Source: Macrostomum lignano (taxonomy: Eukaryota). Taken from it: 47,910 nt of DNA. Where the stretch lies: the NCBI GenBank assembly GCA_002269645.1, contig NIVC01004383.1, forward strand, positions 1 through 47,910, in the 5' to 3' direction. This document shows, piece by piece, positions 19,220 through 28,800 of this stretch. The notes below the pieces were generated by a model, which searched no databases, was not told the origin of the DNA, and saw nothing but the letters and a program-made list of their open reading frames with translations. The stretch's first letter is position 1; each line of letters opens with the position of its first letter. A program made the position numbers and the translations under genes.

Positions 19220-22200
19220 TTAAAAACAGCCGCCTTCGGGATGCTGGGCACACAGGGCGGACGTCACCAAGTTGAGGCAGAGCTGCAGTCGGTTGCGCAG
19301 CTCGGGCGGCGGCGGTTCACCAGCGCCCGCGGCGTCGGAGTTGAAGGCGAAGACGCGCACGGGGGAGCTGCTCCCGTTGGGCGGCATCAGGGTGACGGAC
19401 TCGGTGCTGGGACAGAGCACCAGCTTCACGTGGTCCCGGAAGTTCACCTTGACGTGGCCAAACAGGTAGTTGGGTAACTGGCATTAGCTGAGCTACTATG
19501 GGATTTTAGCTGACCTTGTACACTTTGACCTTGTATTGTACCGAGTGGGGTACAGAGTGGCGCCTCATTGAACTGGCTGGGATACAGAGTGGCGCCTCAT
19601 TGAACTGGCTGGGATACAGAGTGGCGCCTCATTGAACTGGCTGGGATACAGAGTGGCGCCTCATTGAACTGGCTGGGATACAGAGTGGCGTCTCATTGAA
19701 CTGGCTGGGATACAGAGGGCGCCTCATTGAACTGGCTGGGATACAGAGTGGCGCCTCATTGAACTGGCTGGGATACAGAGTGGCGCCGCATTGAGCTGGC
19801 TGGGATACAGAGTGGCGCCTCATTGAACTGGCTGGGATACAGAGGGCGCCTCATTGAACTGGCTGGGATACAGAGTGGCGCCTCATTGAACTGGCTGGGA
19901 TACAGAGTGGCGCCTCATTGAACTGGCTGGGATACAGAGTGGCGCCTCATTGAACTGGCTGGGATACAGAGGGCGCCTCATTGAACTGGCTGGGATACAG
20001 AGGGCGCCTCATTGAACTGGCTGGGATACAGAGTGGCGCCTCATTGAACTGGCTGGGATACAGAGTGGCGCCTCATTGAACTGGCTGGGATAGAGTGGCG
20101 CCTCATTGAACTGGCTGGGATACAGAGTGGCGCCTCATTGAACTGGCTGGGATACAGAGTGGCGTCTCATTGAACTGGCTGGGATACAGAGGGCGCCTCA
20201 TTGAACTGGCTGGGATACAGAGTGGCGCCTCATTGAACTGGCTGGGATACAGAGTGGCGCCTCATTGAACTGGCTGGGATACAGAGTGGCGCCTCATTGA
20301 ACTGGCTGGGATACAGAGGGCGCCTCATTGAACTGGCTGGGATACAGAGTGGCGCCTCATTGAACTGGCTGGGATACAGAGGGCGCCTCATTGAACTGGC
20401 TGGGATACAGAGGGCGCCTCATTGAACTGGCTGGGATACAGAGTGGCGCCTCATTAAACTGGCTGGGATACAGAGTGGCGCCTCATTGAACTGGCTGGGA
20501 TACAGAGTGGCGTCTCATTGAACTGGCTGGGATACAGAGTGGCGCCTCATTGAGCTGGCTGGGATACAGAGTGGCGCCTCATTGAACTGGCTGGGATACA
20601 GAGTGGCGTCTCATTGAACTGGCTGGGATACAGAGTGGCGCCTCATTGAGCTGGCTGGGATACAGAGGGCGCCTCATTGAACTGGCTGGGATACAGAGTG
20701 GCGCCTCATTGAACTGGCTGGGATACAGAGTGGCACGCACAAGGACACAGGCTTATAAATACGAATCTCCCTTTCTCTCTCTCTCTCTCTCTCTCTCACC
20801 TGCACGAGCCCATTAGACAGTGCAAACACGGTGCCTCCACTATTGGCCTCGGGCCGGTGGCTCCAGTGCGTGACTGCTGGCACCCGGGCTGCCGGTGGCG
20901 GCCCACCGACATCGGCTCGGCCGCCAGCCAGGCCCAGGTTGAGGCGCATGTACGCGGCCAGCTGGTCCAGCAGGCGGACCCGGCCGGCCAGTTCAGCGCA
21001 GTCGGCTGACAGAAGCCGCTCCCGACCGTCGGCATCGTAGAACTGCACGCAGCCTGGCGCGGACTGGGCCCGAACTAGGCTGCTGGCATCGTTAAATCTG
21101 GCGCCTACGGAGCCGTCGCTGAGCTCGTAGGCGAAGCCGTAGCCCTGCGGCAGGCAGTCCATCCAGCGGGCTACCCAAAGAGGCGCCGCCAGATCCGGAG
21201 CTTCCGTAGGCGTCGAGGCCAGAGCGACTCGAAGCAGGTCGGCAGCCGCCGCCCGAGCCTCGGCAGCTGACTGTGGCGCCACCAGATAGCGACTGTGATC
21301 GCCGGGCGCTAGCGGCGGTCGCTCGCAGATGACGGAAGCGGCGCCTTCTCGATCAACGGCGACACCGCCATCAACTCCGGCAGCGTCGACAGCAGCATCA
21401 ACATCAGCTGTCTGTACTTTTGGAATCGAAACGGAAATTTTATCAGCAGGCGGCTGTTGCTTAGCTCGGTTAGCATTGCTATTAGTATTATTGCTGTTGT
21501 TGTTAACGTTGCCAGTCTGCAGGCAGCCTAATGGCTTCCTTGGGCATTTGAGCTGAGGCGCCTGACGCGGCGGCGGCGGCGGCATCGGTGGAGGCATCAG
21601 CCGGTCGAGCCGGGGCTGCTGGCTGAGACAGGACTCCGGCAGGGTGAGCAGCTGCGGCTCCAATCGGAAGAACTGATCCCGCAGTACCTCGGCCATGCCG
21701 GGCCGCTGCTCGGGATTCTGGCACAGCAGCCGGCCAAGAAACGCCCGCGTCACCGGGCACAGGGCCGCAGGCGGGCGCCATGGCGAGTCGCGGATGCTGC
21801 GCAGAGTGGCTTCCATTGTAGCTGCTCGAACTGGCGGCCGGCCAGTCAGCAGGGTGACCAGCACGCAGCCGAGGCTCCAGACGTCGGCGCCGAAGCCATG
21901 TCCGGCGGCGGTCCTGTCCAGCACCTCTGGCGCCATGTACTGCACAGTGCCGCAGCGGGTGCGCCGCCTGCTAGCGTCAGCGGCGCGACTGAGCCGAGCG
22001 GCCAAGCCAAAATCGGTGAGCTTGGCCACCATGCCTTTGGCTAGCAGGATATTGTCCAGTTTGATGTCGCGGTGAATCTGGTCGAATACAATTGTAATAT
22101 AGTACTTTGATATGTGTGATTATAATACACGAGTGCACAACACTTTATATTGCCTCCATTTTTCACCTCGCCACTGTCAATTCTGCAATTAATTTACAAA

Positions 22201-24272
22201 TCCATCTACAACTTTGGGCTTATGAAATTAAAGTAAAACAATATGAAAAGGAACTTTTCCCTACACAAGTATATAAAATACAACAGATTAATAACATGCT
22301 GTGCATGCTAAATCAAAAAAGGAATAGTAAATCTTCGCTGCCCCAGATCAAATGCAATAATTGATTTTGTGATGAAAAATGATTAGTTTTTCTAGAAAAT
22401 TGGCCTCCAAAAAAATAACACGATCTTTGAGTTCTACGTCCTGTTATACTATAGTGGTCCTTGGCTCAAAGACACCGAAATGGCACAAAGAAAACAACAC
22501 CAACTCACCACGCCATTCTCGTGCAGGTAGCAGCAGGCCTCGGCAACCCGACGGCACAGGTGCTGCGCCTCCGGCAGAGTGAGCACCCGCCTACGCCGCA
22601 GCATAGTAGCCAGAGAGTGGTGCTGGCACAGCTCCAGCACCAGATAGTGCCGAGCAGAGTCGGACTGGTGCCAAAGCAGCCGGACAATATTCGGGTGCTT
22701 CAGGCTGGAGTGAATCTCCAGCTCGTGACGCAGTCGATCAGCCAGGTAGGGCGTCCGGATGCTGGCCTTCGTGATCACCTTCACGGCCACCTCGCTGCTG
22801 CCGCCGTCTTCGAAGGCAAATTTGTGGCAGGTGGCGAAGCCGCCCCGACCGAGCAGTTGCTGCCAAATCAGCTGACGGCCGCTGGCCGGGTGCACCAGCT
22901 GCTTGGGACAGATTTCTGCGGGCCCGCTGGCCGCTGCGGCCGCCGCTTCATCCGGCGCTACCTGACGGCGCTTTGATTTGGTGTCACCTGCCGGCCGCTG
23001 GAATTAACATTTTTAGTTGGCTACATATGGGACAGGTGCTGACAGCTTTACATTAGTTGCTATGGGATTTTCAGATTCGCCTTGTTTGCTATGGAAGTGA
23101 CAGCTTAATCTTGGTTGCTAGGGTAGTGACAACTTTCCCTTAGTTGCTATGGTGGTGACAGCTTAACCTTGGTTGCTATGGAAGTGACAGCTTAACCTTA
23201 GTTGCTATGGTGGTGACAGCTTAACCTTGGTTGCTATGGAAGTGACAGCTTAATCTTGGTTGCTAGGGTAGTGACAACTTTCCCTTAGTTGCTATGGTAG
23301 TGACAACTTTCCCTTAGTTGCTGTGGTGGTGACAGCTTAACCTTGGTTGCTATGGAAGTGACAGCTTAACCTTAGTTGCTATGGTGGTGACAGCTTAACC
23401 TTGGTTGCTATGAGAGTGACGGCTTAACCTTGGTTGCTATGGAAGTGACAGCTTAATCTTGGTTGCTAGGGTAGTGACAACTTTCCCTTAGTTGCTATGG
23501 TGGTGACAGCTTAACCTTGGTTGCTATGGAAGTGACAGCTTAACCTTAGTTGCTATGGTGGTGACAGCTTAACCTTGGTTGCTATGGAAGTGACAGCTTA
23601 ATCTTGGTTGCTAGGGTAGTGACAACTTTCCCTTAGTTGCTATGGTAGTGACAACTTTCCCTTAGTTGCTATGGTGGTGACAGCTTAACCTTGGTTGCTA
23701 TGAGAGTGACGGCTTAACCTTGGTTGCTATGGAAGTGACAGCTTAATCTTGGTTGCTAGGGTAGTGACAACTTTCCCTTAGTTGCTATGGTGGTGACAGC
23801 TTAACCTTGGTTGCTATGGAAGTGACAGCTTAACCTTAGTTGCTATGGTGGTGACAGCTTAACCTTGGTTGCTAGGTTACTGACAACTTGCCCTTAGTTG
23901 CTTTGGTAGTTACAGCTTCACATTGATTGCTATGGCACTGACAGCTTGTCCTTAGTTGCTATGGAAGTGACAGCTTGTCCGTAGTTGCTATGGTAATGCG
24001 TCATTGAACTGCAGGATTTCCAAGAAAAAAATAAAAAGAGCAATATGGGTACAAAATGAAAATCAGGAGAGCCTGGGGCACACTGAAGCGGCACAGAAGA
24101 CGCCCCAGAGCTCTCGCTTCGATTTCAATACAAGGGTATGCAATAATTATGTATAGAAAGCGGCACATTCGCATATGTGATAGGTGAGCTTGGAAATAAA
24201 AAAGCAACAAATAAACAAACAATTACACAACAAACAAACAAAAACTTATCAACTATTTACTTTGCTTCTCAT
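19220..24272 (-). CDS. PLK: Polo-like kinase, about 668 aa. Exons 24272-24261 (putative), 22997-22509, 22077-20800, 19447-19220
   Basis: Kinase motifs LGRGGFATC, VAVK, V|IHRDIKLDN (phase-0 splice), DFGLAA, RRRTRCGTVQYMAPE. Polo box 1 WVARWMD..YGFAYELSDGSVGARFND. Polo box 2 LSNGLVQ|VNFRDHVKLVLCP. GT-AG sites are in phase. The 12-nt first exon (MRSK) is inferred. Confidence 0.88.
19548..20734. repeat. Minisatellite, 31/32-bp unit GGGATACAGAGTGGCGCCTCATTGAACTGGCT, about 37 copies, in the last PLK intron
   Basis: Near-identical tandem units. Confidence 0.98.
20771..20797. repeat. (CT)n/(GA)n microsatellite fused to the PLK splice donor
   Basis: The minus strand reads CAG|GTGAGAGAGAGAG... Confidence 0.9.
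23040..23998. repeat. Minisatellite, 29-bp unit GACAGCTTAACCTTGGTTGCTATGGAAGT with higher-order variant pattern, about 33 copies, PLK intron 1
   Basis: Variant units recur in a fixed order; a block of about 12 units is repeated. Confidence 0.96.
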
Positions 24273-24799
24273 ATCGTGCGCGATGGGAATTAGCGAAATG
24301 CAACCGGACGGATGTGGCGGCTTATTAGGGGAGGGGAGGGGGCTTCAAGACAGGTAAGAGGATTACGACAGGGGATTATCACTGGGATTAAATAAATTCA
24401 CTCGAGGTTTCGGCGTCAACAAGGTAATTTAATAATATTTAAAAAATATTTTAAATTATATCTTACATTAAATATGCCACTTATATTAACGCTGTACTAT
24501 AAATAAACTAAGCTATATTATAGCAATTTTTCGAGGAAAACATTCTCATGCACGGGGTCAGTAGTGCAGAATGGCGACGTTGTAAAATAAAACAATATAA
24601 AAATACAAGAGGGTGCTCAGTGTGCTCAGGCGATTGGGACTTCTGACTGTCATTTGGCATTTACAGATGCAGCAATAAGCAGTGCTGGCAGTTAGTTAGA
24701 ATTTCTATGCTGCGTTTACTGATCTATAGTGCAAATTAGTTTTCACAATAATTAAGCAATTTTTTGAAAACTAAAGATAGAACATGGCATGATACAAAC

Positions 24800-25738
24800 A
24801 CGCGGCACTCTACTGACTCACTGGGGAGGGGGAGGCGGCACTCTAGTGACTCAACGGGGAGGGGGCGGCGGCACTCTACTGACTGTCTGGGGAGGGGCTG
24901 GCGGCACTCTACCGACTCACTGGGGAGGGGGCGGCGGCACTCTACTGACTCACTAGGGAAGGGGAGGCGGCACTCTACTGACTCACTGGGGAGGGGGAGG
25001 CGGCACTCTACTGACTCACTGAGGAAGGGGAGGCGGCACTCTACTGACTCACTGAGGAAGGGGAGGCGGCACTCTACTGACTCACTGAGGAAGGGGAGGC
25101 GGCACTCTACTGACTCACTGAGGAAGGGGAGGCGGCACTCTACTGACTCACTGGGGAAGGGGAGGCGGCACTCTACTGGCTGGCTAGGGAGGGGAGGCGG
25201 CACTCTACTGACTCACTGGGGAGGGGGAGGCGGCACTCTACTGGCTGGCTAGGGAGGGGGAGGCGGCACTCTACTGACTCACTGGGGAGGGGGAGGCGGC
25301 ACTCTACTGGCTGGCTAGGGAGGGGGAGGCGGCACTCTACTGACTCACTGGGGAGGGGAGGCGGCACTCTACTGGCTGGCTAGGGAGGGGGAGGCGGCAC
25401 TCTACTGACTCACTGGGGAGGGGGAGGCGGCACTCTACTGGCTGGCTAGGGAGGAGGAGGCGGCACTCTACTGACTCACTGGGAGGGGGAGGCGGCACTC
25501 TACTGGCTGGCTAGGGAGGGGGAGGCGGCACTCTACTGACTCACTGGGGAGGGGGAGGCGGCACTCTACTGGCTGGCTAGGGAGGAGGAGGCGGCACTCT
25601 ACTGACTCACTGGGGAGGGGAGGCGGCACTCTACTGGCTGGCTAGGGAGGGGGAGGCGGCACTCTACTGACTCACTGGGGAGGGGGAGGCGGCACTCTAC
25701 TGGCTGGCTGGGGAGGGGAGGCGGCACTCTACTGACTA
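24800..25738. repeat. Minisatellite, 33-bp unit GGCGGCACTCTACTGACTCACTGGGGAGGGGGA, alternating A/B dimers in its distal half, about 28 copies
   Basis: Tandem units read directly; lies between the TNPO3 stop and the PLK start. Confidence 0.97.
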
Positions 25739-25883
25739 ATAACGGAGTAGTCACTATAACACGGGTACACGTGAAAATAAATGACACTGATAATGACTGG
25801 AAAAAATATGCTAAATCCTACTGACTCTCAGGGAGACCCGGATGAAGAATCAAGTGGAAGACAAGCAGCATCCAATCCCAAAA

Positions 25884-28800
25884 CTACTTGAACAGCCTGG
25901 CCAACTGTTGCAGCTGGCGGCTCATATCGCTAACATCGCTGCTATTAGCCAGAGTCCGGTGGAAGTGCTGGATCTGGTCTGGCGTCGCCTGCACCAGTCC
26001 GTCCGGCCGGGTGGCCGGCAGCTGCAGCAAAGCGGCTCCAATCCAGTCGGACACTGTCCGCTGATCCAATAGCAACAGGCTGTGCAAAACCTCGGCAGCG
26101 TCCGGCACAGAGTAGCTACTCAGCTGCAGTACGCTGGCGTGCACAAGCACCCGAGTGAGCGCGGCGCCGCCCTGCTCGGAGTCCGATAGCAGAGCCAGCA
26201 CCGGTTCCCTGTGCTGCTGATTGTGCTGGCCAAGCTGCAGCAGTTCCTGCAGAAATTTTGTCACCGAGGCAACGGCGTCGCGATGCTCGGCGGACAGACT
26301 GCCCAGAGCCAGCTGCCAGATTGTTGGCAGAGCGCGCGACGCCAATAATTGGCCCGGACAGCGCTGCAAGAATCTTGTGCACAGCCGGAACAGATCCTCG
26401 GCCATGTCGGGATTCTGGGCCAGGCCGCGGCCGCTCTCCAGCGTTGCCAGTGTTGGCCCCATCATGGCTTCGAGCAGCTGCAGCAGGCCCACCTGGCAGG
26501 TTGAGTCTTCGCCAAATTCGTCAGTTAGAATGCCGGCCAGGTACAGGAAGCAGGAGTGGGGGAAGGCGGCGTAGCTGAGCATGATGCGGTCGGCCAGCTG
26601 GGGCAGGAGGGGTGCACACGACCGCTTGAGGCAGCGGACCTGCAGGGGTAGGGAATGTTTTAGGTTTAACATTCAGTAGGTTCACATCCTGGAGTTGGGA
26701 GCTTTGGGTGGGTTAGCTGGAGTTGGGAGCTTTGGGGTGGGTCGGCTGGAGTTGGGAGCTTTGGGGTGGGTCGGCTGGAGTTTGGGAGCTTTGGGGTGGG
26801 TCAGCCGGGGTTTGGGAGCTTTGGGTGGGTTAGCTGGAGTTTGGGAGCTTTGGGGTGGGTCAGCCGGGGTTTGGGAGCTTTGGGTGGGTCAGCTGGAGTT
26901 TGGGAGCTTTGGGGTGGGTCAGCCGGGTTTGGGAGCTTTGGGTGGGTCAGCTGGAGTTTGGGAGCTTTGGGGTGGGTCAGCTGGAGTTTGGGAGCTTTGG
27001 GGTGGGTCAGCTGGAGTTTGGGAGTTTTGGGTGGGTCAGCTGGAGTTTGGGAGCTTTGGGTGGGTCAGCTGGAGTTTGGGAGCTTTGGGGTGGGTCAGCT
27101 GGAGTTTGGGAGCTTTGGGGTGGGTCAGCCGGGGTTTGGGAGCTTTGGGTGGGTCAGCTGGAGCTTGGGAGCTTTGGGGTGGGTCAGCCGTGGTTTGGGA
27201 GCTTTGGGGTGGGTCAGCCGGGGTTTGGGAGCTTTGGGTGGGTCAGCTGGAGTTTGGGAGCTTTGGGGTGGGTCAGCCGGGGTTTGGGAGCTTTGGGTGG
27301 GTTAGCTGGAGTTTGGGAGCTTTGGGGTGGGTCAGCCGGGGTTTGGGAGCTTTGGGTGGGTCAGCTGGAGTTTGGGAGCTTTGGGGTGGGTCAGCTGGAG
27401 TTTGGGAGCTTTGGGTGGGTCAGCTGGAGTTTGGGAGCTTTGGGTGGGTCAGCTGGAGTTTGGGAGCTTTGGGTGGGTCAGCTGGAGTTTGGGAGCTTTG
27501 GGGTGGGTCAGCTGGAGTTTGGGAGCTTTGGGGTGGGTCAGCCGGGGTTTGGGAGCTTTGGGTGGGTCAGCTGGAGCTTGGGAGCTTTGGGGTGGGTCAG
27601 CCGTGGTTTGGGAGCTTTGGGGTGGGTCAGCCGGGGTTTGGGAGCTTTGGGTGGGTCAGCTGGAGTTTGGCAGCTTTGGGGTGGGTCAGCCGGGGTTTTC
27701 TGAGCCTTGGGGAGGGTCAGCCGAGGTTTGGGAGCTTTGGGGGTCAGCATGGGTTTGGGAGCCTTGAAATGCATTTTGGAATTTAGTGCTATGTATTAGT
27801 AATCAGAAGTCAAAAGAACCGTAGTAAGACAGTAAGCCATTTAAAACAATACCCTCGCCGAAGCTTACCTGGTACCGGATGACCCGGCAGGTGTGCTCCA
27901 CAACTCGCATGCAGTCGGGATACTGAGCCAGAGTGCGCTCAATCGACGGCCAGACGGCCCGCATGACGGGCAGGCCGGGATGCGACTCCGACGAGCTGCT
28001 CAAATTGGGATGAAATTCCCTAAATAGCGTGGCCAGACAGTCCAGCCAGGGTATGGGATTGGCTTTGCCTGCGTTTGGACCGCAACAACTGCCGCCGCTG
28101 CAGCCGCTGCGACTGCCAGCTGCGGTGCGGGCTGCCAACGCAGCTTCGAGGCCGGCCACCTGCACGTCGCATAGGCGCTGCAGACCTGCCGTGATCTGCT
28201 GCTCGTCTGGCAGCCGGCTCAGCACCTGTGTGATGCCGCACAGCAGCTCCTGTGGGCCGGGGTGGGGAATGGAATTTGCTTAGTGGGTAGACGATAGACT
28301 GGGCATCTGGGAGCGGCTCAGCCTGAGGATCTGGGAGGCTGGCCAAGAAACTGAGGATCTGGAAGGCTGGCCAAGAAACTGAGGGTCTGGGAGGCTGGCC
28401 AAGAAACTGAGGGTCTGGGAGGCTGGCCAATAAACTGAGGGTCTGGGAGGCTGGCCAAGAAACTGAGGGTCTGGGAGGCTGGCCAATAAACTGAGGGTCT
28501 GGGAGGCTGGCCAAGAAACTGAGGATCTGGAAGGCTGGCCAAGAAACTGAGGATCTGGAAGGCTGGCCTAATAACTGAGGATCTGGGAGGCTGGCCCAGA
28601 AACTGAGGATCTGGAAGGCTGGCCTAATAACTGAGGATCTGGGAGGCTGGCCCAGAAACTGGGGATCTGAGAGGCTGGCCCAATAACTGAGGATCTGAGA
28701 GGCTGGCCCAGCATTAGGATGACGGCATAAACCAGTCTCACCTGTGCCGCATCCGGCTTGAGGCCGGAATTGTTAGGCAGAGTCTCGGCCACCTGCAGCA

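Noticed and set aside
19548-20734. Regular repeats of about 30 bp as a CRISPR array (also 18296, 23040, 24800, 26690, 28300)
   Set aside because: Units are directly tandem with no unique spacers, there are no cas genes, and the context is eukaryotic introns.
26695-27786. Long Gly/Trp-rich ORFs (363, 282, 179 aa) and similar periodic ORFs at 13466, 18178, 24736 and 32594
   Set aside because: These are translations of stop-free minisatellites, open in several frames, and some are antisense within introns.
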